From Centroscyllium fabricii (Eukaryota): a DNA stretch of 64,000 nt. The number at the start of each line of letters is the position of its first letter. Positions within the stretch are counted from its first letter, which is position 1. Below the pieces are notes generated by a model. The model did no database searches, was not told the origin of the DNA, and worked only from the letters and a program-made list of their open reading frames with translations. Positions 50,592-62,096 of the stretch are shown here, piece by piece. Where the stretch lies: NCBI GenBank assembly GCA_051313645.2, contig JBNRSN020000009.1, positions 78,864,001 through 78,928,000 of the forward strand. The letters run 5' to 3'. The translations under genes and the position numbers were made by a program.

Positions 50592-50835
50592 GTCCAAAGA
50601 TGCGCGGGTTAGGTTGATTGGTCAGGATAAATTGACCCTTAGTGTTAGGGGGATTAAATATGTGGGGTTACGGGGATAGGGTGGGATATGTGTCGGTGCA
50701 GGTTCGATAGGGATATGGGTAGAGGGCAGGGGTAGGGTACTGGGTTTGGATGATCAGCCACGATCTCATTGAATGGCGGAGCAGGCTCGAAGGGCCGAAT
50801 GGCCTACTCCTGCTCCTAGTTCCCATGTTTCTATG
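50592..50835 (+). mobile_element. 5'-truncated HE1/V-SINE-like SINE with CR1 tail
   Basis: gtccaaagatg...ggttaggttgattgg body followed by CR1 3' end ggccgaatggcctactcctgctcc...tttctatg. Confidence 0.8.
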
Positions 50836-50980
50836 TTACTGGATTTTTGACACTAGCACAAAAGTATTTTGTCTAGTTTTACAATTACGCTCCTGTGCGG
50901 TACCTTGGGACAGTTTTACTGCGTTAAAGGCACCTATAAATGTAAGTTGTTGTGGTTGCTGATTTGAACTGTTAATGTAT

Positions 50981-51045
50981 CCAGGTATCAATGTTCCAGG
51001 TATCAATGTTCCAGGTATCAATGTTCCAGGTATCAATGTTCCAGG
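50981..51045. repeat. 15-bp minisatellite (ccaggtatcaatgtt), about 4.3 copies
   Basis: Four perfect units plus ccagg. Confidence 0.95.
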
Positions 51046-53127
51046 ATATCGCCTTGATTTCTGACCTCTACAGAGACATTATGGACTTATAATAATAGCT
51101 GGGATTTTTGCTCCTTGGACCCGACAGAGTTCTACTTACATTTTATACCACAGTAACCAAAATTAGATGATTATCCCCGTGGTATAGTGACGCCAAGTTA
51201 ACAATGACAGCATATCATATAAAAACATATTTTAAAGGAATTTTAAGTCAAAGGAATCTTCATCTATCCTTTCCTGTATCACTTCACATTTTGCAGTATT
51301 TATATTGTGTGATCTCAGCCATACTTGTGCTGTTTCTGACATTGGCTCCGAAAGTGCACAGACCTGCTCTGCCACCAGAAGTGTATCAAAGCAGGGGCCG
51401 GTGACCTCTGCCCCTGACCCCACTGAAGTATCTGGGGTCAGGGGGAAGTCACTTCACTGTGCCCGCATTAATACAGGCATGTCTTGGGCACCTGCAAAAG
51501 GAGGGGGTGGGGGCTTGGAAAAGTGGCACTGGCCAGCTGCTCGTAGCCTGCCAATGTCACTGGCTATTTGACTGCCCTAATAGGTCCCATTTAGAAGGGG
51601 GCTGAGAAGATTGCTTCTGCTGGGATCCAAGCCTGGATCCCCAGGTGAGACCAACTTATGCCACTGAGTCGACCTGTGCGCTCAGTCCAAATCTGAGGGT
51701 CTGCACCAAACAGGCCCCAATGAAAAATAGCAGCCTGGACTGGGACTCAGCATATCTGGGTCCTGACTGATTTTCCACCCCTTCCACTGCACTTCCGGCT
51801 GGCTTGCGCTGCGATTGGGCCACTGGGTACATGGAGTTTTGGGGCTTATCTCTCAAGAGTAGGTTGAATAACATCAGAGACTTACAACTTAAGGTACACA
51901 AGCACGCACGGTAATGATTGGCCTGATTAATACCCACACATGATAGAAACTGTACAAGCCCCAGAAGAAAAGACAAGCATGGTGCTCTATAACTACTTAG
52001 TCATTGTAGCTTTAATATTACATTGCATTTGAAATGCTTTTGACGGAGTGCCCTCATGTAAGGAATTTCTTAATTCTTATCCTAAAGTGAGACCTAATAT
52101 TACCAGAAATTTCTTGTCTAACTATTAAGTACACTGTTACTGAATGGTTCTACTATGAATCTGTAATGCACTGATGTAGGCTCTATACAGATTGCTTTGC
52201 TTTAAAAGGTACATTTGGCATTTTAATCTCCTATATCCACAATAGGAAGAAAGATTTCCTTGGCTCAGATGATATATACACACCTTACCATGATACAGAG
52301 AAGAGGCAAAGATCTTTAAAAACTAATGTCAGTAAAATAAAACATAACTGAAACAAAACTTTATTATAACTGCTCTTTATGTACAGGTCAAACATTACAT
52401 TTAACAGAAAACTATGCTGTGATTTGTGCACATAAATTCATTAAGTGGTGAAAAATAAATCAAAAATAAAACTGCAAGTTGCACTCTCTCCAGAGCTATG
52501 TTTCAGTGTACAGTTAGTTCACAGTGATCATGGAACTAAAGATAGTTAAAGTGACTCACAAGCAAACAGTAAATACATAGTACTCTTCATTGTAAGTATT
52601 ATCATATTTATTATTTGCATGTGTTAAATATAATTGTGTATGCAATTTATATTTGAGCTGTTCTCAGTAATGAAATTGCTTGTTTTAACATGTGGTCACT
52701 GGAATATTTAGGAACAAAAATTACTGAATGTTTAATACTATTAGAAAAATGTCACATTCTACATTAAAGATAGCTATAGTTTCCACAGCTATTTTGATTG
52801 CTGAAACATAATTTGATGTGCATACATCAATTTTTCCCTACATAAGAAAACGCTGAAGATGATGTAACTTGCAAACTAATTGAAATTCCTGAATGTTTAT
52901 TTCTAAAGCTATAAAGTAGTTGTCTGCTAATACTAGTCCATACTATCTATAGACAGCACAAATTAACTCCTTAAGTGTTTCTACCCCAGAGACTCATTAA
53001 AAATTAATCGAGCCTGCTGAAGAGCACCTCAGAAGGAGCTAGGCTGCTCAAAATTACTTTCAAAAATGTTAGAAATAATCTAATGATATTGTCCTACTAC
53101 ATTAAGATGTAGAATACAATAGTTCAC

Positions 53128-53145
53128 CTGGATCCTTTTGATTCT
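53128..53145 (-). CDS. CADPS: CADPS 18-nt microexon (E)NQKDP
   Basis: Long polypyrimidine tract, atatag|AGAATCAAAAGGATCCAG|gtgaac; phase 1-1; equivalent to ENQKDA of mammalian CAPS1. Confidence 0.9.
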
Positions 53146-53998
53146 CTATATGAAAAAGAGAGCAACAAGGAGGGAAAGAGAGAAAAACAAGACAAATATG
53201 CAGGATTAATGAGCAAGTGAACCAAAAGCTACACCCTAGATGTGTGGCACCAATGACTTGCAAAGAGTTTGCCCGATGCCTCCAACTACCCTCACCAAGA
53301 ATGGATGTTACTATAAAAGCCTTCCACGCAAAGGGCAACAGTGGTGCACCACACAGATGGACAGTCAGCAATTAACATTCTGAGATGAAGGCAAGCAATG
53401 GGCTCAAGATAGAAGCGAGTCACTGAATCCTAAAATGTAAAAAATCAGATGCTCCATCAGCAGCTTGAAATTGAGAAAAGGTTAAGGTATGTAAAAAGAA
53501 CATGTATGTATATGATTACATTTGTTTAATTAGTCACAGACAAGACAGACTAAAGTTAAAATATCCACACAGATCTAACAGAACGCCTTTATCCACAGTG
53601 AATAAACAGCCCATTTCTCACAGCCAGCTGCGTGACACTGGCTACATATGCGAGTCCTGGTTTTGTATAGTGTACCAGTGACAAATGCTTACAACTCAGG
53701 AATACACAGAAGCAAAGTAAAAATGCATTCAAGTCACAGACAATAACAGTAACTTAAAAATTTACAGATATTTTGAGTTCATCACAAACAATGGGCCATG
53801 TGTAAAAACCTGGCGTAGGTCAAAAACAACTGGCTGGAATTCAAACATTCGTGATCACAAACAGAAGCAACAGACAAGGGGGCTGAGGGACGAAAAGTGC
53901 AAGAGTGGGATTGGTCAGGGGCTGGCTTTGGCTGGCTTTAAAATCATGTCAACAGAAAGAGCGAGAGACAGTGTGGAAAGGATGTGGTAAGTACTCAC

Positions 53999-54067
53999 GA
54001 ATGGTTAAATCCATCACTTGAGAGGCCAAGCAGAAGACAGGATGGTCATACATTTCTCTCTTTTTCC
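53999..54067 (-). CDS. CADPS: CADPS alternative exon (G)KKREMYDHPVFCLASQVMDLTI
   Basis: ttttatag|GGAAAAAG...ACCATTC|gtgagt; 69 nt, phase 1-1; resembles a recalled CAPS1 isoform insert. Confidence 0.88.
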
Positions 54068-57000
54068 CTATAAAAGAGGATTTGGGCATGCAAGAAGCTT
54101 AGGTCAGAAGTAAAGAGATCATAGGTCAGAGGAAAATTATATTAGGTCAGAAAGAAAAAAAGCTTTGGTGTTGTTTGGGATATTCATAGGACAGCAGAAA
54201 AAGATATTTGAATTTGTAGATAATTTAGGTTTAACCATTCAGCATGCTCATGAGTCACAAAAGAAGCCGTGACCATGATTCTGACAAATCTCTTCAGATT
54301 TTGTAATCTGTTAATGATAAAACATAATGAATAAAGGAAAACAGAATTTTGTTGATTTAGGCTCCAAGATACTAAATGCAGATGCTTTTAGTATCTACAC
54401 CACTCTCAGGTATTTCTTCATAGGCACAGTCTTAAGCACTTTCCCAACCGATTGAAACTTCCAGAGTTAGGTCACTACCACTGTACTATTAAACTACTTT
54501 TTGATTTGGATTGACTACATGGTAAACCATATTTTCACAAGGATATTAACTGTAGCCAATTCAGCTTTGAACAAAATCCTTGCAAATCAATAATGAAACG
54601 ACTGGGAAGGGAACGTACTGGTCTATTTTAAAATTTCAGTCCGTGTATTTGAGCTATTTTCAATAAAGCACAGAATGGACTATGCCCATGTAAGGAAGCC
54701 TGGTACATGCAGTTGGTGAATGCTGGGTTGCTGAGACCACAATCCCTGCATGCTGGTCACTAGGCACTTCTACAGCCACTTTTTTAGGAATATAAAAAAG
54801 TGACTAAGTCAATATAAAACAAGAAAGGAGAGAAGCAGAAAAGAACAGGTAGTGCGGAATGAATTACTTCTCTGAACAAAGAGCTGGAAAAAAAGTATTT
54901 GGTTGCTTCATAGTATTCCCAGACCTAAAAGTCACAGTGCAAAAGAGGGTACATTAACGGAACCGGAAAGAATTGTGGCACAAAAGGGAAATAATCAAAC
55001 ACTATGGGATCTACACTGGAATTGAATGCATTTTTACTTACACATTCCCATCATGTGCTCAAGCTTACTAGAAATGCACTCAGCTCTGTCTAAACTTGCA
55101 GTCAACTGCAGAGCTCACCAGCTAAGTAAGAATCTAATATTTTCAAACAATAAAAATATGTTAGTTTATTTACATCATTCCACAACTTTATATTACTAAC
55201 AAAACTATAAGAAATATAATTTTAAACCTCAACTCATCAAAATAACAAACTTCAAATTCTCCACCTATTGTTCAAAGTGTTGTTGCAAAATGCCTTTAGT
55301 GCTCAATTCTTAACTCAAACATTTTCTCTATTTGTTGCCTAACTATTCTCACTAAATGAAACCTGTACCTTTAGTACACAGTTAGCATTGTGATAACAAC
55401 CAGATAAAAGAATACTGTTACATTACAACACATATGAGACTAACACCTTTCAGCAGCTGTTCACACACTTTTACTCTTCAAAAGCTAGAAGTTTCCATAA
55501 AGATACAATTGTGGTTGGTTGTCATTTGATGAATCATTCTAAAAGTCTTAACACTAAAAGATGCCATAGTTTATATTCTTATCTATGTGTTCAGGTCTGT
55601 TCAACTAACAGATAGGTCTTACTCATATCAGGACACAAAGAAACTAGTGATTCACCCGTGCAAACTGTAGACCTGTAATGGTGTATGCAAGGGGGTGAGG
55701 ACAGTCTGGTCGACCATTAAAAGCAATTTGATGCGTGTCAATCATTAAAAACATTTGTCAAATGATAACACATCAGTACATAAGGCCCATGGTCAGCAAG
55801 ATCAAATGCTACTTTCATATTTTGCTTTGAAAGTAAAAAAATTGCACTCTCCCCATCTTCACATCAACAGTATAAGAATTCACAAAATCCTGTTGAATAG
55901 AAGGTTAAAAATCTGTGAATACAACAAACATAAACAAATCAAATATGAACTTGACTTCAACAGACACTCTGCTAAACTATCATCACACAGATATTCCTTA
56001 TTCGACAGATTTGAATTAGAAAGCAGGAAACAATCCTTCCATTTTTTAGATGATAGATCTCTCTTTTAGGTATCTGTCTTGAGGGGGACTTTCTATTTTG
56101 AATGTTATGGGGTTAATTTCCATGAGGTTTTCCAGCTCATTTGGCATAGCTCCAGTGGAAGAGCTGCAGAAATCCTGGAAAAACAATGTAAATGGTGTTA
56201 TTCTGGGGTTTAGAAGCTCTTGCACCAAAGTATGGCAGACAAGCGGGAGAGCCCACAGAAATTCACTCCCTTTGTGTTTACTTCTCTTCCCTTTCCATTT
56301 CTTTTACTCTATCCAGGCCCTGAAACGCCACTGGATGAGAGATTGGGTGATCCTGTCGCAGGTTGCCTGATGTGGCTCCTAGCATGGTGTGTGATTGTGG
56401 CCTGTGGATGCCTCCCTGTCCTATTTTCACTCCATTTGTAAGGATGTGGCTGTCTCTTCTCAGTGCCACCTGACAGCAACATGGCTGAAATCAGAAACTG
56501 AGCAAGTGTGGGACATCAAAGCTGTGTCCCTTCACTCTGTGGCACTGTGCATTAATGCTCCAATACAGTGCAACACCATTACATGATCTTACATATTTCT
56601 AACCTTCTTGGATATGAATATAAGTAACAGTAGATCCAATGTTACCATTCTGTCTCATCTCACTTTGCAGCACAATATAACTTACAGTCCTTCAGAAATT
56701 TTTCAAATTCCAGTGATGATACAGAAAAGGCTTACCTTCTTTTCATAACTGCAGGTGATAGTAAAATGTTTAAACTGTTCTTGAGATTTCTGTTTTTGTT
56801 GCATAGTGTATCTGCTAATGAGGGTCACTTTCTTTGGAGATTTCCAAATCTAAACTATTGGACTGTGGCAAATCACATTACTGCTGGTAATTTATAATTC
56901 TAGAGCTATTGTGGTTCGAGTTTGTGTATATTGAAACACTGCACTCTAAAATTTATCATTTGACTCCCAGATATTGCAACCAAAAAAAACCTGTTTCAGA

Positions 57001-57393
57001 TCTAGGTTGCTATGATTACCTGACACTATTAACAATACAGTCCATTGCTTCACCTGTCAGATCTGCAATGCACAGCTCATAAATCTTTAGTGCTAATGTA
57101 TATTTACTTCCTTACAGCTAAACTAAACTCACCAACAGTACAAATACCATAGCCTGAATCTTGTTTTGAAAATAAGCAAACAATTCCAACTAAATATTTA
57201 GTAACTGTAAGTCACTAAGAAGTCTTTAATTTGCTTATAAAATATACAGATTTTATTTTTAGGACTATATGTTCTCAAAAAATACAACATTTCTGAATCA
57301 TCACTTGTTTACATATGGAGTATTTTTTAATAATCTGCCTCCAAGTGTTTCATCTTGTGAACTTCATTCCTAAGTAAACTCTCTGTTACTTAC

Positions 57394-57517
57394 CTTCGAT
57401 TTTGGCATACTCGGACAGTCGTGTGTAGTTCACCAGAGCAGCTTTCTCCAGACATTTCCGAATGACAACTTTAACTTCTTCTTGAGGAACAGGAGTTACT
57501 ATATCCTTCATCAGCAC
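57394..57517 (-). CDS. CADPS: CADPS exon [41 protein letters not shown]
   Basis: gcaaag|GTGCTGATG...ATCGAAG|gtaagt; 124 nt, phase 0-1. Confidence 0.96.
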
Positions 57518-57817
57518 CTTTGCAATTACATAAATGGCAGTGCATTATATATATGTCCTGAGTTAAGGGAAATGGAAATAATGGTACTCCTCACTCTTTA
57601 TGACTTGTCCCGTGGGACTTTTCCTGACACCAAAAAAAGTTGGACTGGACAGCTATTAATGTCTCCACTAAAGATTAGGGCCTGGCAATTTCTAATTGCG
57701 GTATTTAGGAGGAATTTTTAGATATATTGGATAATAATACTTTAAACATACACGGCACATTAACCATAAGTTACTCCTGATAGGTGAACTTCACACAGTG
57801 AAATATTAACTACTCAC

Positions 57818-57881
57818 CCTCTCCAGGAGAGACAGTGTCGCCTTTAATGCTCCCTCGGGTCGTCCAAAAGGAAAACAGTAC
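57818..57881 (-). CDS. CADPS: CADPS exon [21 protein letters not shown]
   Basis: gacag|GTACTGT...GAGAGG|gtgagt; 64 nt, phase 2-0; hallmark CAPS motif YCFPFGRP. Confidence 0.96.
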
Positions 57882-58188
57882 CTGTCAGCAAGATAGATTT
57901 TATTAATTATTCTTCAACAGAATGTTTTAAAAATGGTCAGTATGTATCTGGGTTGACTTTGTTGACTACAAAACACGCAGTTCACAGGATAACCTCAGCT
58001 TTCTTATTACTGTAAATTAACAGAACAGTAACTTATTACGCATTTCAAAAACTTCCAATACTTAGACATTCATGTGGTGCTTATGTAAACAAAGTGAATT
58101 GAAGAAGATAGGTACTGTAGCTGAATAATCTGTCTCCAAGTGTTTCATCTAGTGAACTGCATTCATAAGAAAACTCTCTTCTACTTAC

Positions 58189-58293
58189 CTTCAATTTTGG
58201 CATTTTCAGAGAGTCGTGTGTAGTTCATTAGAGCAGCTTTCTCCAGACATTTCCAAATGACAACTTTAGCTTCTTCTTGAGGAACAGGAGTTC
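58189..58293 (-). pseudogene. Partial diverged duplicate of the CADPS 57394-57517 exon ([34 protein letters not shown])
   Basis: About 58124-58292 aligns to about 57328-57497, including the gtaagt donor and about 65 nt of downstream intron. Confidence 0.9.
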
Positions 58294-58539
58294 CTGTACC
58301 ATGGCCTCAATTTTCATTGAGCTGTGGAGTCGGGCTTGGAGGCATGCGGGGGTTTAAAATCGCAAAAACTGGCGGGCGGGACCCCGCCGCCTGGTTCCCG
58401 ACTCCGAGCAATTTTAACTCAGGCATGTCTGATGGTCCTGACTCCAACCCGCATCCAACAGGCGGGACTGGCCTTTAAGGCCCTTAATTACCACTAAATG
58501 GCCTCTATAATCCTATTTTAACAGGCCCTTGCAACTTAA

Positions 58540-59488
58540 AAACATAGAAACATAGAAGATAGGAGCAGGAGTAGGTCAGTCGGCCCCTCGAGCCTGCTCC
58601 GCCATTTGATGAAATCATGGCTGATCATCCAAACTCAGTACCCCGTACCTGCCTTCTCCCCATATTCCTTGATACCTTTATCTCTAGGAGATATATCTAA
58701 CTCCTTCTTGAATATATTTAATGACTTGGCCTCAACTGCATTCTGTGGTAGAGAATTTCACAGGTTCACCACTCTCTGGGTGAAGAAATTCTTCCTCATC
58801 TCTGTCCTAAATGGCTTACCCCTATCCTTAGGCTATGACCCCTGGTTCTGGACTCTCTGATCATCGGGAAAATTCTTCCTGCATCTAGTTTGTCCAGACC
58901 TGTCAGAATTTTATAAGTTTTCATGAGATCCCCTCTCATTCTTCTAAACTCCAGCGAGTATAAGCCCAATTGACCCAATCTCTCCTCATACGTCATTCCT
59001 GCCATCCCAGGTATCAGCATTGTGATTCTTCACTGAACTCCTTCCATGGCAAGAACATCCTTCCTCAGATAAGGTGACCAAAACTGCACACAGTACTCAA
59101 GGTGTGGTCTCACCAAGGCCCTGTACAACTGCAGTAGGACATCCTTGTTCCTGTACTCAAACCCTTTCGCTATGAAGGCCAACATACCATTTGCCTTCTT
59201 CACTGCCTGCTGCACCTGCATGCTTACCTTCAGCAACTGGTGCACAAGGACACCCAGGTCTCGTTGCACTTCCCCTTCTCCCAATCTATTGCCATTCAGA
59301 TAATAGTCTGCTTTTCTGTTTTTGACACCAAAGTAGATAACCTCGCATTTATCCACGTTATATTGCATCTGCCACGCTTCTGCCCAATCACCCAACCTGT
59401 CCAAATCATCCTGGAGTTTCTCGGTATCCTCCTCACAGCACACACGCCCACCCAGCTTTGTGTCATCTGCAAACTTGGAGATATTGCA
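58540..59488 (-). mobile_element. CR1 LINE inserted in Harbinger copy 2
   Basis: ORFs 59030..59443 and 58796..59020; absent from copy 1 at about 22520. Confidence 0.93.
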
Positions 59489-61213
59489 TTAACTTTAACC
59501 CTTTAACCCTTTTCCCACATAAAACACGCCTGGTGGGAAGCACAAATGTGAAACTTGGCGGGAGCACTATTGGATTGCTGACTATCAACTGCAGGTCAAC
59601 CATTAAAGAGGAGATTTGATCAGCCATCATTTGCAGGTGGGAGGACTTAGTGGTCTCAGGTCTGGGGCAACTTTTAGAAGGCTTAACCACACCTGTGGAA
59701 GGTTGGAGCCTCACACCCATCTCCAGTGTGATCTCCTGGGAAACCCCTCTCGCCACCTTCACTCAGCACTTCCTCAATGGAGGCATATACCAGAGGCATG
59801 GGAGCCATTTATTTCCTTCCCATGTGGGCATTAGATGAGCTCGAACACCAGCCGCAGCACCAGCAAAACCAGGAGCAACAACAGCAGCGCCAGGCTGCTG
59901 CTCACCCACCTGACGCTGCGCAGGCCAGAAGGGGCCAGCGCTTGGAAGTGGCTTGAGAGCACCTTGCTGCACATCAGGGGGCCATGGGGACCCGTATCTG
60001 CACTGGCAGTCCTACTCAGAAGGACTTCCATGAAGGTCTGGTTACTCTGTTCAATAGATGACCATCGCTCCTCCAGAGATATCATTCTATTATGAACACT
60101 CTCCATCTTTTCTGCACTCTGATGACTTATCTCCTCCATGGAGGTTGCCATCCTTTCCATGGTGATGCGTTGATCCGCCAATGACTCCACAAAGGCTCTG
60201 CTCGTGTTTGCTATGGACTCCTCCATTTGCTCCACACTCGCATCGACCCTGGAGACAAAATCTGCCAGAGACTCCTGCATCTGTTCCTGGAGTTCCAGCA
60301 CTGCTGATCTTATGGATGGACCCAGAGACAGAGGGTCGGACATGCAGCTGAGCCGAACTGGCAGAGACCTGCGCCCTCCAACTAGCACTCTCCAGTGCTG
60401 TTGCTGTCTCCACAATCTGCTGATGCTCACTTGTGAGCTGCGATACACCAGGTGACAACACTACTCTATCCCGAAGGTCCCACCGAGGTGTGAGTGTCTG
60501 CGCTGGTGCTGGGTGCACTAAATTCTGCAGGCGCTGAGTCCTCAGAGGTTGCAACATCCTCTGAGGAGTCTGGATGCTCAGGCTGTTCCTCCGGGCTAGT
60601 GGGGACGGCTGCTTGCGATGGTCCTGTGGGGGAGTAAAGGAAAGAGTCAGAGATGTGATGCCAAGCTTACATGCACATTGCAGATGATCATAAGTCCATC
60701 TGTTAGAACTTCAGAATCATTATCAGCGACTCATGCAATGTCAATGAGAGAGATGGAAAACGTTTCTGTCACCAGCTTGCTGTGATGCACCCGTCTGTCC
60801 GTCCCACACCTGCGTATCTTCCTCCACTCCTACGATCTCCAGGACTGCCTCCTCCCAGGGGTGAGGTGGGTTAGTGAGGGTGGCCCTCCTCCTGTCCTCG
60901 CTTTTTCTCACTTATTGTGATCTCTCTTTTCTTGCAATGAGGGAGACCAGTGGAGGTTGAGTGAGAATTAAGGAGCAAGTGCAGAGATTCCATAGCATAG
61001 TTACTTAGGAGACAAAGATGGAGTGAAGTGGCAAGACCACGGGCCCTCCCTGTGTGTTGTCAGTTGTTTCATAGCATCACAGTGATAGGGAGTGTGAGAG
61101 CTGCATAGCCTAATAGTTATGTGAATGTGACTATAGAGAGAAAGGGAATCGATAAGGGTGCATGGATGTCAGTGTCAAGTGGGATGTGGAGGAAGAAATT
61201 GCGAAAGCTGAGT

Positions 61214-61356
61214 CTTCTTGTCGTATCTTCTTTTCGAAGTGGTGGATGGAGTTTTTAACAGACCGGTTAACGGTCTGCTTTTTGACCGCGCGTTAGCGCC
61301 TCCTCCGTGGTCACTGCCTGCTATTGCACCTGGTCTTCCCCGATGGTCTCCCATCC

Positions 61357-61389
<33 letters not shown>

Positions 61390-61436
61390 CGAGGTCGACT
61401 TGGGATCGGGCGTTCTAGACTAGCAGGCCGGGGCTC
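61214..61436 (-). mobile_element. 5S rRNA-derived SINE (SINE3), 223 bp, 12-bp TSD CGAAAGCTGAGT
   Basis: Reverse strand CTCGGAAGCTAAGCAG...CCTGGTCAGTACTTGGATGGGAGACC (5S boxes A, IE, C); TSD at 61202-61213 and 61437-61448. Confidence 0.9.
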
Positions 61437-62096
61437 CGAAAGCTGAGTGCTGGTGGGGAAAGGCAATGGGGATCAGATTGAGGGTGATGGGAAATCCATA
61501 CTCACTTTTGCAGTGCGCAGGTGGTCATGAAATCTATCCTGCACTGAATCCAGGTTCTGCGGGGTACTGATAATGAGTTGATCTCCTCTGCACCTGGATC
61601 CACACAGCCTTGGTCTGCTGGGGAGGCTTCTTCCTCCCTGAAGAAGGGAAGAGCACCTCTTTATGAGCTCTTGCTCCCTCAACTAAAGCCTGCAGGGCCA
61701 CATCATCAAACCTGGGAGCAGACCCAGGTCTCTCAATGGTCATTCTGCCTCCAGGTCCCTCTAAGCTGAAAGGGCAAAAGGTTGGCAGTCTGCAGAAGAA
61801 GCAAGGCTTGTTGCAGACCTTAAATGCAGCAGCAATGATGACATCACCGGAGGGGACTTTCAGTCATGAAAAATCACTTTGCAAAGGCTTCCCACACGTT
61901 AGAAATCAATTGGCCAATTGAGTTAAAATTGCATCAATCTCCCAGATCCATTTAGATTCGTGTGGGAAACACAAAATTCGGATAACACGGCAACAGCCCG
62001 CACCTGAGCTAAAATCGCGCCCCATGTCTCAGAACAGTTTAGTACTAAGCTGTACAGGGTGCACTGGGCTGTATCAAAATAATAATTATGGTCACT

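Larger units (their letters stand above)
58303..62022 (-). mobile_element. Harbinger derivative copy 2 (Myb/SANT pseudogene 59831-61743), TSD CAT
   Basis: cat|ggcctcaatttt ... aaaatcgcgccc|cat; ORFs mirror copy 1; hosts CR1 and SINE3 insertions. Confidence 0.9.

Noticed and set aside
50981-51045. CRISPR-like array or IPGTL repeat protein
   Set aside because: Spacer-less 15-bp minisatellite in a vertebrate intron.
56736-56811. Extra CADPS exon ending AAG|gtaagc
   Set aside because: Available acceptors give 13, 76 or 79 nt, none frame-preserving in this phase-1 intron; no recognisable peptide.
61315-61436. Functional 5S rRNA gene
   Set aside because: Diverged 5' region, no T-run terminator, extra 3' body and a TSD indicate a retroposed SINE.
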